The notes under the pieces are model-generated. The model was not told the DNA's origin. It saw nothing but the letters and a program-made list of their open reading frames with translations, and ran no database searches. Below, piece by piece: positions 27,763 to 37,512 of a stretch of 42,701 nt of DNA. The translations under genes were made by a program, and so were the position numbers. Origin of the DNA: Draconibacterium orientale (GTDB taxonomy: Bacteria; Bacteroidota; Bacteroidia; Bacteroidales; FEN-979); NCBI GenBank assembly GCA_020719165.1, contig DYQT01000003.1, forward strand, positions 1-42,701, in the 5' to 3' direction. Within the stretch, counting starts at the first letter, position 1. The number at the start of each line of letters is the position of its first letter.

Positions 27763-27926
27763 ACGTAATACTTTTTAGTGTTGAAGTTGATACTTTTATT
27801 ACCTGGTTTGTGGCTGATTTAAAATGGATTGCAATATTAGTAACAAATTCAGCACCATGGCTGTTTTTTTGACGAATGATGAAAATTATCGATGATCACA
27901 GTAATTTAACAGTTAAAACTGTGATT

Positions 27927-28883
27927 TTAGAACCTGTTTTCTGGTGAAAGGTTCATTACATCCCCTTTTGCGAATCGTAAAAAAACACCCAGCGGCAGTT
28001 TGCGGTGCGCACGGTCGGAGAGGTAGAATTCCCCCGATTGAATTCCTGAGATGTTACCGAAACGGGTCATGATAAGATTTTCGGGAATCAGCGCCGAAAA
28101 ACCCATGGAATAAAGGCTTAATACAAAGAACCCATTTTCAGGTTCAAGTAATTGTTTGCAAATGGCAATAATTTCATCGATGGAGTCTTCCAGTATCCAT
28201 TTTTCGCCGTCGGGGCCTCTTCCGTAAGCAGGAGGATCGAGGATGATGCCATCGTAACGGTTGCCCCGCTTTACTTCACGGCGAACAAAGTTCATGGCAT
28301 CCTCCACCACCCAGCGGATGTTGTCGAGTCCGCTTGCCTCCATCATCTCTTTGGCCCAGGTGATTACCGGCTTTACTGAATCGACATGAACCACATCGGC
28401 TCCGGCTGCCTTAGCCGCAAGTGAAGTGCCGCCGGTGTAGGCGAAAAGGTTTAAAACACGCAATGGGTCGGTGGATGATTTTCGCTTTTCGCTTTTCGCT
28501 TTTCGCTTTATTTCATCGTAAATGTAATTCCAATTGATGGCCTGTTCGGGAAATACGCCGATATGGCCGAAAGCTGTCAAACCGAGTCTGAAATTCAGGT
28601 TCATCTGCTTGTATCTGTAACTGATGGTCCACTGATCGGGCATCTTTGGCTTTCTTGCCCAGGATCCGCGTTCGTAATCGTCGCCGGCGGTTTTCTTGCC
28701 TTTCACACGCACATAACGGGCATGGGAAAGTTTTTCCCATTCGCTTTCAGGCAGTGATTTCTGCCATACCGCCTGAGGCTCCGGACGGATCAGGATGTAT
28801 TTTCCAAACCGCTCCAGCTTTTCGCGGTTGCCGGTGTCGATCAGTTCATATTCGGTCCAGTCGGTTGTGGTCAGGATTTCCAT
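27927..28883 (-). CDS. Class I SAM-dependent methyltransferase (RlmI/RlmK-like)
   Basis: YELID.G..EKLERFG, HIGVFPEQ, VLNLFAYTGG and ILDPPAYG. Confidence 0.9.
   Translation of the reverse strand: MEILTTTDWTEYELIDTGNREKLERFGKYILIRPEPQAVWQKSLPESEWEKLSHARYVRVKGKKTAGDDYERGSWARKPKMPDQWTISYRYKQMNLNFRLGLTAFGHIGVFPEQAINWNYIYDEIKRKAKSEKRKSSTDPLRVLNLFAYTGGTSLAAKAAGADVVHVDSVKPVITWAKEMMEASGLDNIRWVVEDAMNFVRREVKRGNRYDGIILDPPAYGRGPDGEKWILEDSIDEIIAICKQLLEPENGFFVLSLYSMGFSALIPENLIMTRFGNISGIQSGEFYLSDRAHRKLPLGVFLRFAKGDVMNLSPENRF
28479..28506. repeat. Perfect heptamer repeat (TTTTCGC) x4 inside the methyltransferase CDS
   Basis: Encodes KRKAKSEKRK on the - strand. Confidence 0.9.
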
Positions 28884-28892
28884 AAGAACGGA

Positions 28893-28918
28893 AAGTGTTA
28901 AGTGTTAAGTGTTAAGTG
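28893..28918. repeat. Heptamer repeat (AAGTGTT) x3.7 in the intergenic spacer
   Basis: aagtgtt aagtgtt aagtgtt aagtg. Confidence 0.85.
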
Positions 28919-28924
28919 GAGGGA

Positions 28925-29263
28925 TTAGCCGGCGTTTGGGAGTTTGTAGACAAGGATTCGGAGGGGGGTGTTGCCGGCATTGGTCCAGGCTCGTTGAACA
29001 CCACGGAGGAGATGTATGGTGGTGTTTTCAGTAACCAAAACCGAATCCTCTCCAACCGTCAGCCTGCCTGTTCCTTCAATCACAAAAAATACCACATCCA
29101 TGGGTTGTTCGTGCGGGTTCATGCCTTCACCCGGTTGAAGGGTTAAGTGGATCAGTTCACCCTGACCGGAGGAAAAGAGAATCCGTCCGTCGAATTTGAA
29201 GGGAACCCGGGGTGCATTGACCAGCAAGTCAATAGAATAAGTAGCGTTTGTTAGATCTTGCAT
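28925..29263 (-). CDS. Cupin domain protein
   Basis: LQPGEGMNPH...FFVIEGTG...WTNAGNTPLRIL; promoter box TAACTTTG at 29282-29289. Confidence 0.85.
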   Translation of the reverse strand: MQDLTNATYSIDLLVNAPRVPFKFDGRILFSSGQGELIHLTLQPGEGMNPHEQPMDVVFFVIEGTGRLTVGEDSVLVTENTTIHLLRGVQRAWTNAGNTPLRILVYKLPNAG

Positions 29264-29295
29264 TTGATTTTAATCTAAATACAAAGTTAATCAAA

Positions 29296-32208
29296 TTACC
29301 CAAACAAATCTTCAATTTCCTCCCGCGACATATCTTTCAGCGGGTTCCCGGAGGGAAGGAAAGTATCGGAGAGGGTTTGTTTGCGCTGCTGTAAAATCAG
29401 CATCTTTTCTTCAATGGTTCCGGTGGTGATGAATTTGTAAGCGATTACTTTTTTATCCTGTCCGATGCGATGAGTACGATTGATGGCCTGCATTTCCGCC
29501 GCCGGATTCCACCATGGGTCGAGCAGCATCACATAGTCTGCTTCGGTGAGATTAAGCCCGGTACCGCCGGCTTTAAGCGAAATCAGAAAAAACTGGTGTG
29601 TTGGCTCCTGCTGGAACTTTTTAACCACCATTTCCCGGTTGGTTGTTGCCCCGGTGAGCAGGGAATATGGGATTCCCTCCATGTCAAAATGGTTGGCAAC
29701 CAACAGCAGATGCTTGACGAAGGATGAGAAAATCAGCGTTTTATGACCCTCTTCACGGAGTGTTTGAGCCACGCGGATGATCTCCTCAAATTTTCCGCTG
29801 CTGTGCTGGTAGTCAGCATCGGCAAGCTTAGGATGGTTGGCCATCTGGCGAAGGCGGATCAGCGCTTTTAATATCATCAGGGAGGTTGCGGATGATTTTC
29901 CTGATTCGATTTGCTGGAAAACCTCATTTCTGACGGCCGATTTTTCTATATCATACCGCGAATTTTGTTCCTCTGTCATTTCGCAGTACCACTCTTCAGT
30001 GGTCAATGAAGGCAGATCGGGTTCTGCTTCGAGTTTGGTACGGCGCAGGATAAACGGTGCAACCAACTTTTTTAATCGTTCGGAGGCGTTTGGGGATGCT
30101 TCCGGGGTGTTATTGGCGGCAGAGGATGCAGGTTCATTGGTGTTGGTTTCCACCCATTTTGTAACATATCGTTTCTGAAATTTGGCCAGGGGGCCGAGCA
30201 ATCCGGGATTTAGAAATTCAAGTTGCGACCAGAGGTCGGTCAGGGAGTTTTCGATGGGAGTGCCGGTGAGCACCAGGCGATGCTCCGATTTCAACTGGCA
30301 AACTGCCCGGCTGATGAGCGCCTGGGGATTTTTAATCATCTGGCTTTCATCAAGAACAATGTAATAAAACCGATACTGCATGAGGAGGTTAAAATCATTG
30401 CGCAGGGTGCCATAAGTGGTTAATATCACATCTGTTGCGCCAAAAAGCCCCACAGAGGTCGTCCGTTGCAGGCCCGTATGCTCCATAACGGTAAGAGATG
30501 GAGCGAACCGACGAATCTCATTCTTCCAGTTATGAATCAGAGATGCCGGCATAACAATGAGCGAAGCGGCATGCGGGGAATCGTTGCACGATAGCAGCAG
30601 TGCCAGCGTCTGAATCGTCTTTCCAAGCCCCATGTCGTCGGCCAGACAGCCACCAAAACGGTTTTCATGTAAAAAACGCAGCCACCGGAATCCTTCAGTT
30701 TGATACGGACGTAAAACAGCATGCAGCGTTGTTGGAATGTTTACCGGATTTGACGGATCGGGAGCCAGCCTGATTAATCGTTCAGAAAGAAGTTTGTTTT
30801 CCGGAGTTCCAAGATCTTTGATGATTTGCACATGATGCAAAGGAAGCCGGAGCTGGCTGTCAACGACCTCAGAAAAGTAGAGCAGATCGTTGTACCGTGC
30901 ATACCACTCCCATGGAAGTACGACAATTTCTCCGCCGGGAAGCGGAAATTCACGAATTCCATCAAGAAGATAGGGGCTAAGTTGTATAAAAGGAACTTCA
31001 CGGTTCCCGAAATAAACCACTGCTTTCACATCAAACCAGTCTTCACCCGGCTCAACACGGATGTTGCTGGAAATAGTTCCAGTGAAAAACCTCACAGGGG
31101 CACGGTTGGTGGTGATGGAAATACCCAGTTCGTTCAGGGTTGTTGCATTTACGTTCAGCCACTCGACAAGCCCGTAAAGATCAAGGTTTTCAATTCCGGA
31201 TGTTCCGGGAAGGGTTAAGGTATTTTCGTTGTGCTTTATCAGTCCCGTTGACAGGCATCGGGCGATCATCCCGGCTTCCCAGGCCGAATCGCGTGTGGTT
31301 TTGGAAAACACAACCGCCTCATCGTCCATCTTCAGGTCAATAAAAACCTTTTGCGATTTCCCGGCCATGATCCGCTTCTCACCATACTGGAAATAAACTA
31401 CCAAAATCGCTCTCCCCTGCCAGTCAACTTCGGCTGACAATTCAATTCCGCGCTCAGGGTTCATTTCCTGCACCTGAAATCCGGTTGCTTTTACCTGTCC
31501 GGTTTTCAGGGTTTTCATGATGAAAGTTTCAAAGTACTTTTTCTCGGCCGTGGCCGGAATGAGAATGACCTCTTTGGTTAGAAATGGTTCGATTTTTTTT
31601 CCATCAAAACCTTCCGGGAGATGAAGTAACCGTTTTTCTGCCTTAAACCAGCAAGGGTTACGACAAATTATCGCATTGCCGGGCGATTTCAGCCTGATCT
31701 TCTGGTCGTGTTGAAAAAGTTCGAGCAGATAGTTTGATCCGGCCTCTGTTTTGGTAAAACAAAACCAGGGCTCGGCCGGGTCGGGACTTCCATTCAACCG
31801 GTTTTTATAATAGACTCTTGAAGAACCCTCATGCTCGAACATGGGAATATGGTGCTGAATTGCAATCCTGAGAATTTTATCCAGTTGCCCGTCGATAAAC
31901 GGGCGGATTTGAAGTGAAAGCAACTCTTCTGGCAGCGTCATTAAAAACTCTTTCATCGATGCTGTTTTCCGGCCAAACTGCCGGTGAATTTCAGCATCGG
32001 TGAATGTTTGCGATAATGAGATGATTTCGTTGAAGGCATGGGAACGATCAGCTCCTGAATCGGCGGAGGCAAACCATCTGAGCCGGTTTTGCAAAACAAA
32101 CCAATCTGGTGCCTCCCGCGAAACTTCCCATGGGGTTGCAATTATGCCGAACTGCCGGTGGTGTGTGATCAGCAGAATTGCATGATCATCTGCTTTCAAT
32201 CCATCCAT
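29296..32208 (-). CDS. SNF2-family helicase/ATPase
   Basis: LRPYQ, LADDMGLGKT, LDESQ, LTGTPIEN, LKAGGTGLNL, DPWWNPA and HRIGQ. Confidence 0.95.
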   Translation of the reverse strand: MDGLKADDHAILLITHHRQFGIIATPWEVSREAPDWFVLQNRLRWFASADSGADRSHAFNEIISLSQTFTDAEIHRQFGRKTASMKEFLMTLPEELLSLQIRPFIDGQLDKILRIAIQHHIPMFEHEGSSRVYYKNRLNGSPDPAEPWFCFTKTEAGSNYLLELFQHDQKIRLKSPGNAIICRNPCWFKAEKRLLHLPEGFDGKKIEPFLTKEVILIPATAEKKYFETFIMKTLKTGQVKATGFQVQEMNPERGIELSAEVDWQGRAILVVYFQYGEKRIMAGKSQKVFIDLKMDDEAVVFSKTTRDSAWEAGMIARCLSTGLIKHNENTLTLPGTSGIENLDLYGLVEWLNVNATTLNELGISITTNRAPVRFFTGTISSNIRVEPGEDWFDVKAVVYFGNREVPFIQLSPYLLDGIREFPLPGGEIVVLPWEWYARYNDLLYFSEVVDSQLRLPLHHVQIIKDLGTPENKLLSERLIRLAPDPSNPVNIPTTLHAVLRPYQTEGFRWLRFLHENRFGGCLADDMGLGKTIQTLALLLSCNDSPHAASLIVMPASLIHNWKNEIRRFAPSLTVMEHTGLQRTTSVGLFGATDVILTTYGTLRNDFNLLMQYRFYYIVLDESQMIKNPQALISRAVCQLKSEHRLVLTGTPIENSLTDLWSQLEFLNPGLLGPLAKFQKRYVTKWVETNTNEPASSAANNTPEASPNASERLKKLVAPFILRRTKLEAEPDLPSLTTEEWYCEMTEEQNSRYDIEKSAVRNEVFQQIESGKSSATSLMILKALIRLRQMANHPKLADADYQHSSGKFEEIIRVAQTLREEGHKTLIFSSFVKHLLLVANHFDMEGIPYSLLTGATTNREMVVKKFQQEPTHQFFLISLKAGGTGLNLTEADYVMLLDPWWNPAAEMQAINRTHRIGQDKKVIAYKFITTGTIEEKMLILQQRKQTLSDTFLPSGNPLKDMSREEIEDLFG

Positions 32209-32597
32209 TTCCCGATGAAAAACCCTGCCAGACTAACAATAGTGGTTAAAACCATTCCCCAGACGAGGTCGACCAGGGTAATGATCATTGGCCAGTCTTT
32301 TATGGTGGCCAGGTTGGTAAGGTCGTAGGTGGCATAGGTGATCAATCCGAATAACGCCGCCTTTACCAGCATCATGGGCAAGGCATTTTCTTTTATTCCC
32401 GGAAGTACAACAAAAACAAGTATTCCAAAGATGAACAGGAAATAGAAAATCAGCGCGGCATACCAGTTCACATCAGGCGCCATGAGAAAACCAAGGTGCT
32501 TTTTGTAAAACGAACGTGAAATCACGCCCAGCCAAAGCAGATCAACCGCAAAAAAGACGGCCAGCGTGGCAAAATAGAGTTTAAGGTAATAAATCAT
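32196..32597 (-). CDS. DUF2177 family membrane protein
   Basis: DLLWLG, YATYDLTNLAT and DLVWG motifs; start chosen at MIYYLK. Confidence 0.85.
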   Translation of the reverse strand: MIYYLKLYFATLAVFFAVDLLWLGVISRSFYKKHLGFLMAPDVNWYAALIFYFLFIFGILVFVVLPGIKENALPMMLVKAALFGLITYATYDLTNLATIKDWPMIITLVDLVWGMVLTTIVSLAGFFIGKWMD

Positions 32598-32668
32598 GAG
32601 GAATAATTTGCATGGTTCAAAGGTAAGGAAATTATTGCCAACGAATCTTATATTCCTGTTTAATCCCG

Positions 32669-34195
32669 TTAATGTTTTGAAAATAACAACTTGCTTCTTT
32701 TTGCCAGCCACCACGCCATAAATCCGCTGATGAGGATAAAGAGGGTGGCCAATCCAACCAACGGAACCACCAATATATAAAACGGACCGAGAATGGGCTC
32801 GAAAATACGCCCGGTATGAATTTCAAGGCAGGTGTTCCAAAGCGAAATGGGACTTGCTTCAATTACAGACTGTGGTAACTGGGAGAAAGGGTTATTGCCC
32901 TGCAGGGCGAACATTCCTTGGGCGAAATCAAAAACAACACTTGAAGAGTCGTTGCATTTGACATATCCGGCAACGCTGACATTTCCAAATGGAGGCCCTG
33001 TGTCGTTGTTGCCAGCAAACGCTGTTCGGGTAATGGCATCCAGGATGTGGCCGGAAGCTGGTTCCCATTCATAAATGCCACTGAATGAACCCACAAGATA
33101 CCTTCCTGACCCGGTTTTCTCAAAAACATTGATTCCCATAACGCTCACAGGCGGTTGCACTTCGAATAGTTTCAAATCACTGCGGAAATGATCATCGGAA
33201 TAATAAATACCTTCGCTCGTAGCTACCAGATATCGATCCTGTACCTTATCGTACAAAACATCGCGAAACCGGTCGAACCATGGATTGGGGTTGTCGAGTT
33301 CGGTATATTTTATCTTACCAACTCTTTCTCCTGCAATGGGAATAAGCAGAGGAGGCCGGAGAAACATGCCTGTGGCCGTGTTGAGCAGCAGGATGAGGAT
33401 GACCCATGATCCGGCAAGGTTGTGCCATTTAAGTGAAGACCTGTTGAAGTGTTTCAGTTTCGACCGCAGCAGGTCATCTTTCATGCTTTTCAGCAGGTAG
33501 GGTGCGAAGAAATAAATCAACCCGGTGATGCAAAGCATGATGAATACGATGCCGGCGCCATCAACGATCAGTTTCCCTGCAGTCCCGTATATTTCACCGC
33601 TATGAATAACCCAGAGTGTCTTGAAAAGGTCAACTTTCCCGTCACTGTTCTCCCCTTTTGGAACAGTAATTTCAAAAAAGTTCTGAAAACCTGAATTGCT
33701 GGTGGCATAAAAAAGATTTGACCGGGTCATTACCAGCAGACTGTCGCCTTTTTGCAGAATTTTAACTACCCGAACTGATTTAGCAGGCAGAATAACTTTT
33801 TCCCATCTGTGGTGTTGAAAATGATACAGCCCGAAAAGAGTCCCTGCAAAGAGACCCGAAACCGGCGACCATGACAGAGAATTTATTTTTCGGTTATCAA
33901 CTCCTTTGGGAAAGCCGGCGTTCATGTCATGAAACGACCGGAAGGAGCTGTTGGTGAGCCACACCCCGATGTTTCCGAAAACCAACACGCTGTCGCCTCC
34001 CGATTTCACCGATCCTTTTACCGCAGCCAGGTTCCAGTTGTTGTAGCGGTATCCCGGGGGTAGGAGTTTCCGACTGAGATCGAATCGCGACAACGAATCC
34101 CTGTGGTTAAGCACAATTCCCGAAACTGCAAAAAGCAGGATGAACAAGGTGGCAAAGAGGCTAACCCATTTGTGGTATTTCCGGAAAAACTTCAC
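32669..34195 (-). CDS. PepSY-associated TM helix domain protein
   Basis: RKYHKW..SGIVLNH, IHSGE, KWHN..TGMFL and EIHTGRI His-bearing helices. Confidence 0.85.
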   Translation of the reverse strand: MKFFRKYHKWVSLFATLFILLFAVSGIVLNHRDSLSRFDLSRKLLPPGYRYNNWNLAAVKGSVKSGGDSVLVFGNIGVWLTNSSFRSFHDMNAGFPKGVDNRKINSLSWSPVSGLFAGTLFGLYHFQHHRWEKVILPAKSVRVVKILQKGDSLLVMTRSNLFYATSNSGFQNFFEITVPKGENSDGKVDLFKTLWVIHSGEIYGTAGKLIVDGAGIVFIMLCITGLIYFFAPYLLKSMKDDLLRSKLKHFNRSSLKWHNLAGSWVILILLLNTATGMFLRPPLLIPIAGERVGKIKYTELDNPNPWFDRFRDVLYDKVQDRYLVATSEGIYYSDDHFRSDLKLFEVQPPVSVMGINVFEKTGSGRYLVGSFSGIYEWEPASGHILDAITRTAFAGNNDTGPPFGNVSVAGYVKCNDSSSVVFDFAQGMFALQGNNPFSQLPQSVIEASPISLWNTCLEIHTGRIFEPILGPFYILVVPLVGLATLFILISGFMAWWLAKRSKLLFSKH

Positions 34196-34215
34196 GGTTT
34201 GATGATTGTAACAGG

Positions 34216-34473
34216 TTACTGTTTTTTCATAAAACAGCTGTGCACCATCCCGTCGTTGCCTTGTTCAGAATGAACCTCGTATCCTGCTGCAACCATCTTT
34301 TCAATCATGGGTGAGGGGGGAAACGGGGTGATGATTTCAAAGATTTCTTCCGGTTGCAATGCAGCACATTCTTGTTGAACCTGCTCCAGCGGATGCAGGC
34401 CCTGGGCCAGCAATGGCCTGGCATCCAGTGATCGTTTAATATTTTCCTTTTTTAACCATTCGGGGGTGTTCAT
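34216..34473 (-). CDS. Small DUF2249/TusA-like protein
   Basis: LDARPLLAQGLHP...IITPFPPSPMI. Confidence 0.7.
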   Translation of the reverse strand: MNTPEWLKKENIKRSLDARPLLAQGLHPLEQVQQECAALQPEEIFEIITPFPPSPMIEKMVAAGYEVHSEQGNDGMVHSCFMKKQ

Positions 34474-34487
34474 ATTTTCTTTTTTTT

Positions 34488-34507
34488 CACCGGGTTGAAA
34501 CCCGGTG
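34488..34507. repeat. REP-like palindrome
   Basis: CACCGGGT-tgaa-ACCCGGTG, intergenic. Confidence 0.7.
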
Positions 34508-34536
34508 TTGGTTAATGTTTGCGGGTTAATAAAGTG

Positions 34537-35775
34537 TTAATTGTTTTTACGATAAGAGAGCAATCGCTGATCGCCACTGATCTTGCGTTTTTCCGTCAGA
34601 TCCTGCGACATTTCGAGTGTTCCCAGGTATTCGCCATTTTCGTTGCGAAGGGCGAAATATTCGATGTGGATAAACTTTCCGCCCATTTGAATCCAGAAAG
34701 GGGCGCTGTCGGCTTTGCCACTTTTAAAATCAGCCACAATCTGATCAACAACATGAACACTTGAAGGCGGATGACACATCCGCACATCACGGCCCAAAAT
34801 TGCCCGGTTACGGTCGAAAATCCGCTCTTTTCCCTGGGAGAAATATTTAACCTTGTCGTTTCGGTCAACAAATGTGAGATCGACAGGCAGGGTGTTGAGT
34901 ATGGAAAGCAGCTCCTCAGAGGTGAATTTTCCGCTGGGAAGATTGATGGAGCCCTCTTCGGCTGAGGTTTCTTCTATAATTTCCACCCCTTGTGGTTTCC
35001 AGGCGATGGTTGGATCATACAGGCAATAGCCTATTTCATTGGTTTGCCGGTAGATTTGATACCAGTCTGTTTCTGTAAGTTTATCAAGGGCCATCGGAAA
35101 GAGAATCTCCTCTTCTTTCATGATCATGTCGGTAATGGCTTTGGCCGCCGGGGCCAGGTGGAGTTCCACCTTCATCTGGATCATCTCCGGGGTAAATTCG
35201 CCCGGCATGTTGAGCGCATTTATGGCATTCTTAAGCAGGTCGCGGGTTTCGTCGTGTTTGCCCCACATAACTGTTGGCGGGCCTGTGATTCCGTATTTCT
35301 CAAGAAATGGAAAAAGGAGGTTTTCTTTGCGGCGATAGTGTTTGTCAACATCCATCAGTTTGTTGAAAAGACCTTTCAACGTATTCAGGAGCTTTTCTGG
35401 TTCTGATCCTGAAAGCCCGGTTTCCGTCAGGGCAAAAAGTGCATGAAGTTCTCTGACAACCTTTTCCAATTCACGGTTTTCTCCTTTAAAGGTGTCGACC
35501 GGATGGCCTGGCGCCACAATCTTCATTCCCGAAAGGTCAATATGCCCTTCCAATGCCTGGCTGTGGATGTCGCATAGCCGCAAAACCTCCGATTCGGGAA
35601 GACCTTCGCTGATCAGTTCCTGTTCTACCTCAACTACTTCACCATAGGGTATTTTGGTCAGAAGTTCAATCATGCGGGCTTTCACCGCTTCCGGTGCAAC
35701 GCCATCGTGCAGTTGCAGAATCATGTGTTTAAGCAGATCTTTTCTGCTCCGGGAGTTGTTTATTATTTCGCTCAT
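34537..35775 (-). CDS. DUF438 / hemerythrin / PAS domain protein
   Basis: EQELI..G..RLCDIH, GHPVDTF..EN, HYRRKENLLFP and VMWGKHD; C-terminal PAS (LPVDLTFVD..CHPP). Confidence 0.9.
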   Translation of the reverse strand: MSEIINNSRSRKDLLKHMILQLHDGVAPEAVKARMIELLTKIPYGEVVEVEQELISEGLPESEVLRLCDIHSQALEGHIDLSGMKIVAPGHPVDTFKGENRELEKVVRELHALFALTETGLSGSEPEKLLNTLKGLFNKLMDVDKHYRRKENLLFPFLEKYGITGPPTVMWGKHDETRDLLKNAINALNMPGEFTPEMIQMKVELHLAPAAKAITDMIMKEEEILFPMALDKLTETDWYQIYRQTNEIGYCLYDPTIAWKPQGVEIIEETSAEEGSINLPSGKFTSEELLSILNTLPVDLTFVDRNDKVKYFSQGKERIFDRNRAILGRDVRMCHPPSSVHVVDQIVADFKSGKADSAPFWIQMGGKFIHIEYFALRNENGEYLGTLEMSQDLTEKRKISGDQRLLSYRKNN

Positions 35776-35805
35776 AAAAAGTTAGTGTTTATATCATTGA
35801 CGTGG

Positions 35806-35825
35806 CCCCAGACTAAAGTCTGGGG
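35806..35825. repeat. REP-like palindrome
   Basis: CCCCAGAC-taaa-GTCTGGGG, intergenic. Confidence 0.7.
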
Positions 35826-35832
35826 GTGAGGG

Positions 35833-36162
35833 CTATCCTTTAATCATCGTTAGTACCATTTTGAACTTTTCCAGCGCATTTACTGCGTGAGGAATTCCGG
35901 CCGGCATGATGACAGCCTCGCCGGTGGATAAAATAAATTGTTCTTCGTTGATGATAATTTCGGCTTTTCCTTCAATCACCTGCAACAGCGCGTCGTAGGG
36001 TGCTGAATGGGTGCTCAGGCGCTGGCCATGGTCGAATGAGAACAGGGTTACCGTGCCAACCGGACGGTCAATAACCCGTTTGCTGATGATTCCCCCGGTT
36101 GAGTATTCTACTTTTTCGGGAAACCGGAACACGTTTGAGTGTTCAAAAATGCTTTTTTCCAT
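35833..36162 (-). CDS. Cupin domain protein
   Basis: TLFSFDHGQRLSTHSAP...MPAGIPHAV...FKMVL. Confidence 0.9.
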   Translation of the reverse strand: MEKSIFEHSNVFRFPEKVEYSTGGIISKRVIDRPVGTVTLFSFDHGQRLSTHSAPYDALLQVIEGKAEIIINEEQFILSTGEAVIMPAGIPHAVNALEKFKMVLTMIKG

Positions 36163-36202
36163 AGTTGTTTGTTTTTATCACCTAACTGAAGTCCGGTGAT
36201 GG

Positions 36203-37063
36203 TTAAGTCCAGTCTTCTTCAATAATTTCTCCCTGAACGCTAATAATCGCCTTTTTAATGGGAACATTCCGGCCTGCATTGGTACGTGCCGACTGGGCCA
36301 TGTGAAGCAGGCTGCCGCAGCAAGGAACTTCCATCATCACCACGGTGAGCGAGTTGATTTTGGTATCAGCAATCATGGAGGTTAATTTCTGGAGGTATGA
36401 TTCTTTGTTGCTGTCGAGTTTCGGACAGGCAATTGCCAGGGATTTGCCTTTGAGAAACCGGGAATGGAAATTTCCCATGGTAAAGGCGGCGCAGTCGGCG
36501 GCAAGCACCACATCGGCATTTTTGAAGTAGGATGCCTGCGGGTTTAGTAAATGTAGCTGAACCGGCCACTGGCGCAATTCGGATGGAATTTCCTGTTGAA
36601 CCGCTTTGCTGTGCGTTTCAACAGGTGCCGGAACAACGCTTTCAACGCGGAAATCCCTGGCCATTGAGCCAGGGCACCCGCATTCCCCATTTGAATGTTG
36701 TTCTTTTTTTTCAGGACTCATTGTAATGTTGTTTTCTTTTAAATAATCGATCGCTTGTTGCAAAAATTCGGTTTCGTTGTGGTCGCGCAGGTGATCCAGA
36801 TGGGCGAGAATGGTGTTCCTTCCTTTTGGAACCATGATTTCCATCACCTTGCGTTCATCATAGGGAGCTGCCTCGCGTTCAATGATGTCTATGGCACCTT
36901 CGGGGCAATGACCGATGCATGCACCCAGTCCATCACAAAACAGATCGCTGATCAGTCTGGCTTTCCCGTCAATGAGCTGCATGGCTCCTTCATGACAATT
37001 TGGAATGCAAATGCCACAGCCATTGCATTTTTCTTCATCAATCTGAATAATTTTCCGCTTCAT
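36203..37063 (-). CDS. 4Fe-4S ferredoxin-domain protein (type often linked to hcp)
   Basis: CNGCGICIPNCHEGA, CDGLGACIGHCP, CGCPGS, QWPVQL, AADC, IACPKLD and MEVPCC. Confidence 0.9.
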   Translation of the reverse strand: MKRKIIQIDEEKCNGCGICIPNCHEGAMQLIDGKARLISDLFCDGLGACIGHCPEGAIDIIEREAAPYDERKVMEIMVPKGRNTILAHLDHLRDHNETEFLQQAIDYLKENNITMSPEKKEQHSNGECGCPGSMARDFRVESVVPAPVETHSKAVQQEIPSELRQWPVQLHLLNPQASYFKNADVVLAADCAAFTMGNFHSRFLKGKSLAIACPKLDSNKESYLQKLTSMIADTKINSLTVVMMEVPCCGSLLHMAQSARTNAGRNVPIKKAIISVQGEIIEEDWT

Positions 37064-37113
37064 ATTTATATATGTAATTAGGTATTTGATTGCCTCATTG
37101 TGGGCAAAAAAAT

Positions 37114-37512
37114 TTAGAGGTACGATTGCAATGTTTGTTCGTTTAAAAACTTTTTGAATTCAGCGGTTAGTTTATTCACAACGGTTCCCATCAAACATTT
37201 GTCGAATCCACACAGATCGTAAGATAACGGGCATTCCCCTATGTCAAGCTGTCCCTCGATAGATTGATAAATATCCAGCAGACTGACATTTTTGGGTTCC
37301 ATTTTCATCGAAAATCCACCTGAAGGACCCCTTACCGATTTCAGCATGTCGTTCTTAACCAGGCGTTGTAAAACTTTTGCGATATGATTCTTTGAAAATC
37401 CTGTAATTTCGGCGATCTTTACCGCATTGATTCCATTTTCAGATCGCGCAATCAAAACCATGCTGTGAATTGCGATTGAAGAGGCTTCGGATAAGGCAAA
37501 AATCTTTGACAT
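37114..37512 (-). CDS. Rrf2 family transcriptional regulator with three Cys
   Basis: HIAKVLQRLVK..SVRGPSGGF; CPLSYDLCGFDKC; promoter box TACATTTG at 37537-37544. Confidence 0.93.
   Translation of the reverse strand: MSKIFALSEASSIAIHSMVLIARSENGINAVKIAEITGFSKNHIAKVLQRLVKNDMLKSVRGPSGGFSMKMEPKNVSLLDIYQSIEGQLDIGECPLSYDLCGFDKCLMGTVVNKLTAEFKKFLNEQTLQSYL

Noticed and set aside
29296-32208. SNF2 ATPase as part of an anti-phage system
   Set aside because: No adjacent nuclease, DNA methylase or other defence genes; the context is housekeeping
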